NCBI GenBank assembly: GCA_016934535.1
Contig: JAFGSQ010000004.1
Span: 1 to 43,921, forward strand
Length of the DNA stretch: 43,921 bases
Direction of reading: 5' to 3'
DNA from: a candidate division WOR-3 bacterium
GTDB lineage: Bacteria; SDB-A
The translations under genes and the position numbers were made by a program. The notes beneath the pieces are model-generated. The model was not told where the DNA came from, searched no databases, and saw only the letters and a program-made list of their open reading frames with translations. Each line of letters starts with the position of its first letter. Positions within the stretch are counted from its first letter, which is position 1. Shown here piece by piece: positions 9,826 to 19,514 of this stretch.

Positions 9826-10521
9826 GTGTTTTATGCAATCCTGATTTTACTTATTAATTCCGCATGGAACACCTGTCCTTACGGTGAAACTGATTGCCCG
9901 GGTCTCTGCGGGAGGTTTTTCGATTCCGACTCAGACGGCATCTGCGACTTTTCTCAGCTCTCTCCGGAAGAGAGGCGTATGATCCCCGACACTGCTCAAA
10001 AGCTTCAAGACACTGCTTCGGAAATTCAGAATGAAATCATGACTCCTGAAAACGGCGGCCGGATTTCAACCGAAACTACAGAGGCTCAAGCGGACACGGT
10101 TTCCGACTGTTATTCCGCCGTGCTGTCAAATGATCCGGCTTCCGAATCCGAATCATTGCAGATTGTTGAATCAAACGACGAAGAAAACAAGGGAGATCTG
10201 TTCGGAAAAAAGTATCACTTTCTTCCGATCGCCGTCGTTTTGACCTTAATATTCTTTTTTTCGAGGCTTCTTGTAAAACTGAAAATCATTTCCCGTCAGT
10301 TCCACCTGAAGATATGGAATTTTGCATTATTCCTGACATTCGCCGTTTCATTCATTCTCGCGATAATGCTGATATTACAGGCCAATTCAGGAAAAAGGCT
10401 TGACGCGTGGTTTGACTTGCTCTACTGGCACGTCGAAACCGCATCGGCGATGGCCGTCATATCGCTGTTTCACATGGCTTGGCACGGATCGTACATCAGA
10501 AATATTTTTAAGAGAAAATAA
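9826..10521 (+). CDS. Membrane protein with an N-terminal Cys motif and a C-terminal DUF4405-like three-helix domain
   Basis: Signal-like N-terminus, CPYG..CPGLCGRFFDSDSDGICD motif, acidic linker, three hydrophobic helices with WH...LFH..WH histidines. Confidence 0.6.
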   Translation: MFYAILILLINSAWNTCPYGETDCPGLCGRFFDSDSDGICDFSQLSPEERRMIPDTAQKLQDTASEIQNEIMTPENGGRISTETTEAQADTVSDCYSAVLSNDPASESESLQIVESNDEENKGDLFGKKYHFLPIAVVLTLIFFFSRLLVKLKIISRQFHLKIWNFALFLTFAVSFILAIMLILQANSGKRLDAWFDLLYWHVETASAMAVISLFHMAWHGSYIRNIFKRK

Positions 10522-10550
10522 CTTTAACCCTGGCAAATAAATATTATTCC

Positions 10551-11519
10551 TCAATCTCTGCGAGGGTGCAGTATGCCGTTTTCAGTCGCTACGGCAGTGA
10601 TCAGTTCGCTGGGTACGGCGTCGAATGCCGGGTTGAAAAAACCGGATTCATTTACCGCGAAAATTCCGGAACCGCCGCAGCTCTTGATTTCATTTGATGA
10701 TCTTTCCTCTATGACGAAATCCGAAGCGGAAAAAATGTTATTGTCGAAAGTGGTTTCCGGGGCGACGACGTAAAAAGGTACACCGAAATGTTTTGCGCAT
10801 ATAGCGAGGTCCAGAGATCCGATTTTATTCGCGACGTCGAGATTTTTAGATATTCTGTCCGCGCCGATGATTACTGCGTCAATTGTTTCGGTTTTCATAA
10901 CATGAGCCGCCGCTGAATCGACTATAACGCGGTGAGGAATGTTTCTCTTGGAGGCTTCCCAGGCTGTGAGAGTTCCCTGAAGTCTGGGTCTGGTCTCTTT
11001 CACCCACAAAAACACTTCTTTTCCTTCAATTTCATGAGCCCATGCCGCGGCGCCGAAGGCGGTGCCCCAGCGGTAATATGCCAGAAATCCAGTATTGCAG
11101 TGTGTGATTAAAAACGATTTTTCCGGTATGAGTGAAGAAGCATTTATGACCAGTTTTTCCTCGTTTTCGACAGCTATTTTCAAATACTTTTCCGCTCCTT
11201 CGAGAGCGTCGCCCTGCCAGTTTTTCATGAAACCTAGTGCCGTAAAAAGATCCCTTGCAGTCGGTCTTGTGCGCGATAGAATGTACTCAATTTTTTCCCG
11301 TGGATACTTTTGAAAAATACCCAAAGCCCATGCGAAAACGGCTGTTATTCCTATGGCCGGAGCTCCCCTGACCGCCATTTCCGATATTGCGGCGGCGGCT
11401 TCTTCTACAGTGTTCACTCTTAGATAGTCTTCATTGAACGGCAGCTTTCGCTGATCGAGAATGAGCAAACAGTTGTTTTGCCAGAAAAGAGGTCTTGGAA
11501 AATCCTGTGAATTTCTCAT
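10551..11519 (-). CDS. mtnA: S-methyl-5-thioribose-1-phosphate isomerase
   Basis: LDQRKLP, MAVRGAPAIG, RPTA, THCNTG, ETRPRLQG, GADRI...ANKIG and NPAFD motifs. Confidence 0.88.
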   Translation of the reverse strand: MRNSQDFPRPLFWQNNCLLILDQRKLPFNEDYLRVNTVEEAAAAISEMAVRGAPAIGITAVFAWALGIFQKYPREKIEYILSRTRPTARDLFTALGFMKNWQGDALEGAEKYLKIAVENEEKLVINASSLIPEKSFLITHCNTGFLAYYRWGTAFGAAAWAHEIEGKEVFLWVKETRPRLQGTLTAWEASKRNIPHRVIVDSAAAHVMKTETIDAVIIGADRISKNLDVANKIGSLDLAICAKHFGVPFYVVAPETTFDNNIFSASDFVIEERSSNEIKSCGGSGIFAVNESGFFNPAFDAVPSELITAVATENGILHPRRD

Positions 11520-12574
11520 TTGTTAAGAAGTTTTTTGTAAATAGCGAAAGTCTTTTCGGCGGTGCAGGTCCACGTGAGGTCTTTGACGTAAAGGTGAAGG
11601 TTTTTTCTTTCCTGTGTTTCAAGGAAAAATCTCATTTTCTCTTTTATGCTTTCAATGTCTTTGCAGTCGGTTTTAAACATTTCGGGGAGAAAATCTGAAC
11701 AGGGGAGGGACCTTTCAGCTATGACAGGACAATTGCAGGACAAGGCTTCGAGCGGAGGAAGACCGAAGCCTTCGTAGATGGAAGTGAACAGAAGTCCTGC
11801 GGAATGATTGTAAAGGATTCTCAGGTGATTTTTGTCGCAGTAACCGAGTTGAATTATGTTTTTGCTGTCAAAAAGTTCCTCTTTTTCATCGTTGTTCTTG
11901 CCGACTACGACAAGTTTCACTCCCTTCGGTGAAAGTGACAAAAAGGCTTCGCGCGCGGCCCTAAAGTTTTTTCTGGGTTCGAGAGTGCTGACGAACAGAA
12001 AATATTTGAAATCATTCCTGAAAGGGTGAACAGTCGCTACAGGTCTCCAAAATGATGAAACGCCCTGATGAACAACGTGGACTTTTTTTGAAATGGAAGG
12101 GAAAAATAACTTTATCTCTCTGGAGGTCTGCTCTGATATCGCAATTACAGCGTCCGGGATGACCTCGTTGAAATATCGTTCGAATTTTTTTCTCATCGCC
12201 CTGACATAATTCGGCTTTAAAAGTTCGGGGTGTGAAAAAACGACGAGATCGTGAACTGTAAAAACGATTTTCGAATTTCCCGTGTATTTGTCGGGAAGCC
12301 ATACATCGAGGCCGTGCCAGATATCCGGCTTTTTCATAGGCATCAAAAAACCTTTGAAAGCGGCGTGGTGAGATACGTTGGCGCCCTTTATCCTGTTGTT
12401 TATGAACGCCTTTTTGTCTCTTGCGATTTTTTTAAGTCTGCTGTCTCTGACGCAAAGAAGGTACTCATTTTCCGGAAAAGTATTCTTCATAGCTTCTACG
12501 AGTGCTTTGGAGTATGTTCCAATCCCGGTGGAACCCGGAGAATAGGGATTTGTGACGTCGTAAGCGATTCTCAT
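11516..12574 (-). CDS. Glycosyltransferase family 4
   Basis: TGIGTY, TVHDL, EPRKN and EGFGLPPLEAL (EX7E) motifs. Confidence 0.9.
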   Translation of the reverse strand: MRIAYDVTNPYSPGSTGIGTYSKALVEAMKNTFPENEYLLCVRDSRLKKIARDKKAFINNRIKGANVSHHAAFKGFLMPMKKPDIWHGLDVWLPDKYTGNSKIVFTVHDLVVFSHPELLKPNYVRAMRKKFERYFNEVIPDAVIAISEQTSREIKLFFPSISKKVHVVHQGVSSFWRPVATVHPFRNDFKYFLFVSTLEPRKNFRAAREAFLSLSPKGVKLVVVGKNNDEKEELFDSKNIIQLGYCDKNHLRILYNHSAGLLFTSIYEGFGLPPLEALSCNCPVIAERSLPCSDFLPEMFKTDCKDIESIKEKMRFFLETQERKNLHLYVKDLTWTCTAEKTFAIYKKLLNK

Positions 12575-13596
12575 CTGGCGAGAATTTCTTCCAGAGCTTT
12601 TCTGAATTCGAGAGAGCTCCTCTCCGGAGACAGTTCTTTTGAAACCGTTTCAGAAAACAGTCTCGACCTTTCAAAGGTCACGCTTCCAGACAGAATATCA
12701 GCGGCTTTTCTTGCTATGAAGTAAGGATTTTGATCTTCGCACATGAGCTCGGTCCATTTTTTCGATTGGAAGTATTCAAAATTTCCGGCTCCTTTTCCGA
12801 CCAGTACCGGACATCCGCAGGCTAAAGCTTCCATCAGCGAGACGGGGAAGGGGTCGAAATCAGGAAAGTGGAAAAGAACGCCCAGATTTTTGTAAAATGC
12901 GGGCATTTTTTTGTAATCTATTATTCCGGAATATTTGGTGTTTTCGAATTTCAAGGGAGAGTCGTTCGCACCCGCTATTATTACCTGGAGGTCCGGAAGC
13001 TTCTTTTTCATCAGATAAAAACATTCATCAAGCCATCCGGGGATTTTATTCATTATGCCTCTTTTTCCGCCTTTTGATACTATCCCTACGGTGTTTTTTC
13101 TTCTGTCGCCTGAAAAAGGAAACGTTTGTCCAAGAAAAATTTCTCCTATGGAAGGTCTAACTGTTTTCACCGGGACAGTACCGGGGATCAAACCTTCAAA
13201 AGTTTTTGCTGTCAGCGAGGAAACGCTTATTGCTCCGTCTATCATGGTGAGGAAAGCTCTTATGTCCCTGGCGTATACGTCGTCGTTTTTTTTGACGTAA
13301 ATACCGGTCTCATCGGCCATTATCAGTATTATTTTCGCGCAAGTGGAAAAATTGTGCAGAACGACGGAAGGAAACAGAGGCGCACCGCCTTCCGAAATTA
13401 TGACATCCGGTTTGCAAAGAGTGAACTTGAGCCTTAGAAGGTTAAGCAAAATATGTCTGTTGCCTCTTTCCCTCAGTTTTTTGTTGCCCCGGAAATACAT
13501 GAATTTGGCTCCAATTCCGCGTGCCCAGGCGCGGTGGGCGGGATGGGGAAGCTGATGCACGAAAGCCGTTTTGATTTTTCTGCCGTTTATAATCAT
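12571..13596 (-). CDS. Glycosyltransferase family 4 (divergent)
   Basis: DPFPVSLMEALACGCPV GT-B motif; ATGA overlap with the next GT. Confidence 0.8.
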   Translation of the reverse strand: MIINGRKIKTAFVHQLPHPAHRAWARGIGAKFMYFRGNKKLRERGNRHILLNLLRLKFTLCKPDVIISEGGAPLFPSVVLHNFSTCAKIILIMADETGIYVKKNDDVYARDIRAFLTMIDGAISVSSLTAKTFEGLIPGTVPVKTVRPSIGEIFLGQTFPFSGDRRKNTVGIVSKGGKRGIMNKIPGWLDECFYLMKKKLPDLQVIIAGANDSPLKFENTKYSGIIDYKKMPAFYKNLGVLFHFPDFDPFPVSLMEALACGCPVLVGKGAGNFEYFQSKKWTELMCEDQNPYFIARKAADILSGSVTFERSRLFSETVSKELSPERSSLEFRKALEEILAR

Positions 13597-13621
13597 TATA
13601 AATGAAATTGACCCAAGTTTT

Positions 13622-14914
13622 TCAATCCGATATGACTATTTTTTTCCTTCTCTTTTTACCGATCCTGAGGACGGCGTTCCTGCCTTCCAAATCTTCCGGC
13701 TTGACCAAATGATCGAAATCCGCGATATTTTTGTCTTTGAGAAAGACTCCTCCCTGAGACACCGAGCGTCTTGCTTCAGAGCGGCTGACAGAAAGCGAAG
13801 AAGCGACTAGAAGCGACACTATGTCAATGCCTCCTTTTTCTGCGAAAGATGATTTCGGCACTTTATAAGAGGGAATTTCGGCTCCGGACGATCCGGCGCT
13901 GAGAATTGCCGAACTGGTCAGCACTCTGTTGTCTTTGTCTGCTGAACCGAATTCCTTTACGGATGATGAATAAGCCTCGGAAGCTTCTTCGAATCCGTGT
14001 AAAATTGAGGTCGCTTCAAAGCCGAGTATTTCCTTTGCCCTGTTGATCGGGCATATCTTTTCGTTGGTCAATTGCTTGATCTCCTCAAGAGGGAGAAAAG
14101 TGAATCTTTTAAGTGCGCTTTCGACCATGGAGTCCGGAACGTTTCTCCAGTACTGATAATAATCATAAGGCGACAGCATACCTGATGAAAGCCATACGCT
14201 TCCTTTTACGGTCTTGCCGAATTTTTCGCCGGATTCGTTGAGGAGAAGCGGGATTGTGAAACCGAAAACCTGTTCTGATTTAAGTCTTCTTATCAGATCG
14301 ATTCCAGTGACTATGTTTCCCCACTGGTCCTGTCCGCCTATCTGGACAAGGCACCCGTATTTTTCTCTGAGAAAATAAAAATCGTAGGATTGAAGTATCA
14401 TGTAAGAAAATTCAAGGAAAGTGATGCCGGTGTTCGATTCGAGTCGAAGTTTCACAGAATCAGCCGCGAGCATCTTGTTTACAGAAAAAAGAGGTCCGAT
14501 TTCCCTTAAAAAGTCGAGGAATTTCCGGTCTTTGAACCAGTCGTAATTGTTGACTATCCTGTGCGCGTGCCCTTGACTGCCGAGAAATCGGTCAATTTGA
14601 GCCGAAATGATTTCGCAATTCCTGTCTATCGAGCCACGGTCCAGCAGATTTCTTGTTTCTGTTTTTCCGGAGGGGTCTCCTACGGATCCTGTGGCGCCGC
14701 CTATAACAGCGATAACCTCATTACCTGACTTTTTCAACCATGAAAGAGCCATCAGAGGAAGGAGGTTGCCTATGTGAAGGCTTTCAGCCGTGGGGTCGAA
14801 TCCGCAATAATAAACAGACTTTTTCTCGTTGAGTATAATTTTCATCTGTTCTTCGTCAGTAGTCTGGTATATGAAACCTCTTTCCTTGAGTTCTCTGAAA
14901 AGATCCAATTTCAC
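13622..14914 (-). CDS. tyrS: Tyrosine--tRNA ligase
   Basis: YCGFDPTAESLHIGN, GGATGSVGDPSG, QIGGQDQWGNI, KFGKT and a C-terminal S4 domain. Confidence 0.97.
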   Translation of the reverse strand: MKLDLFRELKERGFIYQTTDEEQMKIILNEKKSVYYCGFDPTAESLHIGNLLPLMALSWLKKSGNEVIAVIGGATGSVGDPSGKTETRNLLDRGSIDRNCEIISAQIDRFLGSQGHAHRIVNNYDWFKDRKFLDFLREIGPLFSVNKMLAADSVKLRLESNTGITFLEFSYMILQSYDFYFLREKYGCLVQIGGQDQWGNIVTGIDLIRRLKSEQVFGFTIPLLLNESGEKFGKTVKGSVWLSSGMLSPYDYYQYWRNVPDSMVESALKRFTFLPLEEIKQLTNEKICPINRAKEILGFEATSILHGFEEASEAYSSSVKEFGSADKDNRVLTSSAILSAGSSGAEIPSYKVPKSSFAEKGGIDIVSLLVASSLSVSRSEARRSVSQGGVFLKDKNIADFDHLVKPEDLEGRNAVLRIGKKRRKKIVISD

Positions 14915-14919
14915 CCCCT

Positions 14920-16155
14920 TTAAATCACTGTGTGGGAAGGTATTATCGCGCCTTTTTTCACGACTGTTATTCCGTCTCTTATCCAGAAAAGGTCGCCTTT
15001 GTAATCGTCTTCGTTTTTGTGATCTCTTATTACTACGTGATTCCCGATAATGGCGTTTTTATCTATTATCGCCCTCTCTATGTGACAGGAGTTGCCGATG
15101 GATAGCAATTCTTTTCCTGTTTCCACCTGATAGTAGTCGTTGCCGAAGGCGACCGTGTTTATCAGAGTCGTGTCTTTTTTTATGTAGGACCTTATTCCAA
15201 TCAGCGTTTTAATAATTGTCGCGCCTTCTATAATGGCTCCATCGGCGATTATACTCTCGTCTATACGCGACGAGCGTACTTTTGCCGGCGGAATGTATCT
15301 TCTCATGTAGTAAACCGGGTGGTTGATTTCATCGTAGAGAGAAAAAGGGGGGAGAATATCAGTCAACGCTATGTTGGCTTTGAAATATGAGTCAATAGTC
15401 CCTATGTCGTCCCAAAATCCGTCAAAAACATAACCGAATACTTTGAAATTTTCAATTGCGTGAGGTATCAGATGTTTTCCAAAATCATTGAAATCGGATT
15501 CGAGAAGGATTTTTTCGAGTAAATCGTAATTGAAAAGGTAAATTCCCATGCTCGCCAGGTAATTCTTGCCGTTTTTTTCAAAACTTTTGAGATTCTCGAG
15601 TTTATCAGCGCCCGGTTTTTCCTGAAACTCGGTGATTTTCGAATCTTCGCCAAGTTTCATTATCCCGAATGATCCGGCTTTGTCTTTTTCGACAGGTATT
15701 GTCGAAATTGTCAACTCTGCTTCATTTGAAATGTGAAAATCGAGAAGGTTTCTGAAATCCATGTTGTAGAGCTGATCGCCCGACAGAATGAGGACGTAAT
15801 TCGGTCTTTGAACTCTAATATGTCTCAGGCACTGTCTTACAGCGTCCGCTGTGCCCTGGAACCAATCGCTTTTTTCGGGAGTCTGTTCGGCGGCGAGCAG
15901 GGAAACGAATCCTCTGCTGAAGGAGTCAAATTGATAGGTCTCGTTTATATGTCTGTTCAGCGATTCGGAATTAAACTGAGTCAGAACGAAAATTTTATTG
16001 AATCTCGAGTTGAGACAGTTCGAGACAGGAATATCCACGAGCCTGTATTTACCGCCGAAAGGTACGGCCGGTTTAGATCGCACCAAAGTCAGGGGAAAAA
16101 GACGTGTCCCCTGACCTCCGCCCATTATTACGGCGACTACCTGTGATTTTGGCAT
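14920..16155 (-). CDS. glgC: Glucose-1-phosphate adenylyltransferase
   Basis: GGGQGTRLFPLT..RSKPAVPFGGKYRL, WFQGTADAV, LSGDQLY, EKP, DFGK, WDDIGT. Confidence 0.96.
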   Translation of the reverse strand: MPKSQVVAVIMGGGQGTRLFPLTLVRSKPAVPFGGKYRLVDIPVSNCLNSRFNKIFVLTQFNSESLNRHINETYQFDSFSRGFVSLLAAEQTPEKSDWFQGTADAVRQCLRHIRVQRPNYVLILSGDQLYNMDFRNLLDFHISNEAELTISTIPVEKDKAGSFGIMKLGEDSKITEFQEKPGADKLENLKSFEKNGKNYLASMGIYLFNYDLLEKILLESDFNDFGKHLIPHAIENFKVFGYVFDGFWDDIGTIDSYFKANIALTDILPPFSLYDEINHPVYYMRRYIPPAKVRSSRIDESIIADGAIIEGATIIKTLIGIRSYIKKDTTLINTVAFGNDYYQVETGKELLSIGNSCHIERAIIDKNAIIGNHVVIRDHKNEDDYKGDLFWIRDGITVVKKGAIIPSHTVI

Positions 16156-16170
16156 GGCGACTCCTTGAAA

Positions 16171-17364
16171 TTATTGTTCAAGAACCGAAGACATCCTTTC
16201 GAGAGACCAGTCAATCTCATCTTTGGTTATTACGAGAGGGGGAGCGAAACGGAGCGTCGTGATGTGAGTCTCTTTGCAAAGGATTCCTTTTTCTTTCAAC
16301 AATTCTGCTTTACTGCGGACGCTTTCGTTTAACTCAAGGCCTATCCAGAGTCCTTTTCCCCTCAGTTCTTTCAGGTTTTTTATTTTCATTTTTCTCAAGT
16401 TTTCCAGAAGATATTTGCCCATTTTATCTGAATTGCCAGGCAGGTCTTCTTCAGCGATTATTTTCAGTGCTTCGGTTGCAACGGCTGCGGCAAGGGGGCT
16501 GCCTCCGAAAGTGCTGCCGTGTGAGCCGGGTTTTATGACGTCCATTATCTCTCTGCTCGTCATGAAAGCCGAAACCGGATAAAATCCTCCGGAGAGGGCT
16601 TTGCCCGCAATTATTCCGTCGGGTTTAACGCCTTCTTCATGCTGATAGGCGAACAGTTTTCCGGTTCGGCCCAAGCCGGATTGAATTTCATCAAGTATGA
16701 ACAACGCGTTGTTTTTTCTGCAGAGGTCCTGAGCCTGTTTCAGAAATCCGTCCGGAGGAATTATTATTCCGGCTTCACCCTGAATAGGCTCTGTCATAAA
16801 TGCCACCGTGTTTTCATCCATGGCTTTTTCGAGAGCTTTGATGTCTCCGAAAGGGATCACTTCAAAGCCTTCGGTGAAGGGTCCAAAACCTTCTTTGTAC
16901 AAAGGTTCAGTGGAAAAACTTATTATTGTAATTGTCCTGCCGTGAAAATTATTTGCGCTAATTATTATTTTTGCTTTACCCGGTTTGACTTTTTTTATGT
17001 CGTAACCCCATTTTCTTACGACCTTTATAGCCGTTTCGACCGCTTCTGCCCCTGAGTTCATCGGCAATACCGCTTCGTATCCTGTCAGTTTGTTGCATTC
17101 TTTGTAGAAAAGAGGCAGTTTGTCGTTTCTGAACGCTCTTGATGTCAGGGTGAGTTTTGACGCCTGTTCTTGCATGACCTTGACAAGTCTTGGGTGGCAA
17201 TGGCCCTGATTTAAAGCGGAGTATGCCGCAAGAAAATCCATGTATTTGTTTCCGTCGACGTCCCAAACCCAAACTCCCGAACCCTTTTCGATGACTACGT
17301 CCAGCGGATGATAGTTGTGGGCTCCTAATTTTTCTTCAGCGGCAATGCAATCACTGGTGTTCAC
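16171..17364 (-). CDS. rocD: Ornithine--oxo-acid aminotransferase
   Basis: GAHNYHPL, YSALNQGHCHP, MNSGAEAVETAIK, EPIQGEAG, DEIQSGLGRTG, PLP-lysine GKALSGG; GGAGG SD with GTG start. Confidence 0.93.
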   Translation of the reverse strand: MNTSDCIAAEEKLGAHNYHPLDVVIEKGSGVWVWDVDGNKYMDFLAAYSALNQGHCHPRLVKVMQEQASKLTLTSRAFRNDKLPLFYKECNKLTGYEAVLPMNSGAEAVETAIKVVRKWGYDIKKVKPGKAKIIISANNFHGRTITIISFSTEPLYKEGFGPFTEGFEVIPFGDIKALEKAMDENTVAFMTEPIQGEAGIIIPPDGFLKQAQDLCRKNNALFILDEIQSGLGRTGKLFAYQHEEGVKPDGIIAGKALSGGFYPVSAFMTSREIMDVIKPGSHGSTFGGSPLAAAVATEALKIIAEEDLPGNSDKMGKYLLENLRKMKIKNLKELRGKGLWIGLELNESVRSKAELLKEKGILCKETHITTLRFAPPLVITKDEIDWSLERMSSVLEQ

Positions 17365-17448
17365 AGTTCCTCCTGGTTGCTATTTAACGGTGTTTTAAGT
17401 AAATGTAATACTTTTGAGCGGTTTAATCAACTCATTAAAACAGGCGTT

Positions 17449-17940
17449 TCATGGTTCTGTGTTTTTGGCAGGCGTTTCAAAATACTCTTTGACCGATTTT
17501 AATGAAGCCATTACAAGAAACATAACGGGGATTGACGCTTCCAACAAGAATATTCCGGCCAAAGTCAGGTAAATTGCTGTCCACCCGAAAGTACCTGTTT
17601 CAGTTTCAATTTTTCCGAGATAAGATGGGCTTCTGAGGAGAGTTACAGTCATGCCGAGTGAGACAAAAAGCAGCAATATCCTGAAACAGGAAGCTGAAAC
17701 AATGAGTGTGAGTGCCCATTTCCGGCGAAGCAGCGCCGAAATACCGGAGATGATGAAAAAAATTCCCAAACTGAGTACGAGTCCTCTGTTTACGGTCATC
17801 AATTTCTGAAAAACGGGACTCAAATCTATATTGTCCGGTAAGATTGAATATGATCCGGCGCACAAAGCTATAATGCCATACAGCAGTGCTGCCGCTGACA
17901 GAAAAACGGCTGATTTGGAATTTTTTCTGTTGTCAGGCGT
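17449..17940 (-). CDS. Hypothetical integral membrane protein (start uncertain)
   Basis: About four hydrophobic segments; the frame stays open upstream of TTG 17865 through a hydrophobic helix to ACG 17940 / CTG 17949, overlapping the buk stop. Confidence 0.6.
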   Translation of the reverse strand, partial: TPDNRKNSKSAVFLSAAALLYGIIALCAGSYSILPDNIDLSPVFQKLMTVNRGLVLSLGIFFIISGISALLRRKWALTLIVSASCFRILLLFVSLGMTVTLLRSPSYLGKIETETGTFGWTAIYLTLAGIFLLEASIPVMFLVMASLKSVKEYFETPAKNTEP

Positions 17941-19000
17941 ATTTTGCAGGTTCGGTTTCCTTTTTAAGCGCCATCAGGGCGGCCAAATTCAGAGCTTCGA
18001 GTTCATCTTCTCCCGGAAATGTCATCACAGGAGCTATCCAGGATACATATTCCACGATTTTTTCCGTGAGTTCTTTCTGGTAAGCCATCCCTCCCGTCAG
18101 GACTATGGCGTCAACTTCTCCTTTGAGCGCCGCCGACATCGCGCCAATCTCTTTTGATATCTGATATACGAGCGACATAAAAATCAATTCGGCACGGGAA
18201 TCTCCTCCTTCAATCATTTTCAGGACTTCCCTCAAATCGTCGGTGCCGAGATGAGCTTTCAATCCTCCGTTTTTAAGTATCATGTCCATTATCTGCTTTT
18301 CGTTGTGTTTCCCGCTGAAACACATTTTTACAAGTCCCGTCACGGGCAGATAGCCGGAACGCTGAGGCGACATGGGGCCTCCGTCGTTGGCGTTGTTAGC
18401 GTCTATTATCCTGCCTTTTTTGTGGGGAGAGACGCTTATTCCGCCTCCGAGATGGGCTATGACGAGATTGACCTCGTCGTATTTTTTACCGAGTTCCGCC
18501 GCCGCTTTTCTGCCGACCATTTTCATGTTCAGAGCGTGAGACAGACTTTTCCTCGGCAAATCAGGAAATCCGGAAATTCTCGCCTGATCTTCGAACTCGT
18601 CTACAGAGACGGGATCGGCTATGAAAGCTGGGCAGCCGGCGAGAGCGGCAATTTCTCTGGCCAGGAGACATCCTATTAATGAGACGTGCTCGGCTTGGAC
18701 GTTTCCGTTCATAACGTCATTTATCATGGCGTCGTTGACTTCGTAAACGCCTCCCACCAGAGGTTTGAACGGGCCTCCCCTTCCAATCACTGCGGATATT
18801 TCTTTCAGGTCGATTTTCCTGGAATTCAGCGCTTCGAGAAGGACTTTTTTCCTGTATTGATACTGATCGACGGAACGATTGAACCTGGCAATTTCATTTC
18901 CTTCGTGTCTGATGATGTCGGCGAAAACAGGTTTGTCGTCGTGAAACATACCGATTTTTGTCGAAGTCGCACCGGGATTGATTGCTAGAATTTTAAACAT
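17933..19000 (-). CDS. buk: Butyrate kinase (branched-chain carboxylate kinase)
   Basis: ILAINPGATSTK, GRGG, DPVSVDE, HALNMK, HLGGGIS, GPMSPQRSG, LTGGMA and PGEDE motifs; GGAGG SD. Confidence 0.95.
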   Translation of the reverse strand: MFKILAINPGATSTKIGMFHDDKPVFADIIRHEGNEIARFNRSVDQYQYRKKVLLEALNSRKIDLKEISAVIGRGGPFKPLVGGVYEVNDAMINDVMNGNVQAEHVSLIGCLLAREIAALAGCPAFIADPVSVDEFEDQARISGFPDLPRKSLSHALNMKMVGRKAAAELGKKYDEVNLVIAHLGGGISVSPHKKGRIIDANNANDGGPMSPQRSGYLPVTGLVKMCFSGKHNEKQIMDMILKNGGLKAHLGTDDLREVLKMIEGGDSRAELIFMSLVYQISKEIGAMSAALKGEVDAIVLTGGMAYQKELTEKIVEYVSWIAPVMTFPGEDELEALNLAALMALKKETEPAKYA

Positions 19001-19063
19001 AACACCTCCGCTTTTTTACTTCTAATTACATTATCGCAGAGTTTTTTTCAAGAAAAATGATAT

Positions 19064-19092
19064 TTGACAGTGGAGGCCAGGGAGTTTAATAT
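19064..19092 (+). promoter_or_regulatory. Putative sigma70 promoter
   Basis: TTGACA-17 bp-TAATAT upstream of the 19113 gene. Confidence 0.6.
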
Positions 19093-19112
19093 AAAAGCAA
19101 AATGGAGGAAAA

Positions 19113-19514
19113 ATGAGATTTACATTGATAGCGTCAATAATATTTTTTTCACTCGCGTTGCCTGTAAAGCTGCTTTCCGATGATTTTACTCCAAGAAACA
19201 CAGTGGAAAATATGGACATATCCAACTTCCGTCTTCCTTCCAAAAGCATTTATTATAACTTTGGTTTTGCAGGTTCATCGGACGGTTATATGTATTCCTG
19301 GGCAGGAGCGACAAAAAGGTTTATGCCTTCGAGTAATCTTTTGGTAGATGTCGATGTATCCTACGTCAGGCATTTCGGAGAAAACAGAGGCAATTACCTG
19401 GTATCAGCGGGAAGAATGACATATTTTATGAGCGATAAACTGACTCTAAACATCAGTGTTATCGCCCCCGCAATAAAATTAGGCGAGAGTACAGGCGTTC
19501 CAGGTTCATGGTGA
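19113..19514 (+). CDS. Hypothetical exported protein
   Basis: GGAGG SD, N-terminal signal peptide, beta-strand-like mature region; stop overlaps the next start. Confidence 0.7.
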   Translation: MRFTLIASIIFFSLALPVKLLSDDFTPRNTVENMDISNFRLPSKSIYYNFGFAGSSDGYMYSWAGATKRFMPSSNLLVDVDVSYVRHFGENRGNYLVSAGRMTYFMSDKLTLNISVIAPAIKLGESTGVPGSW

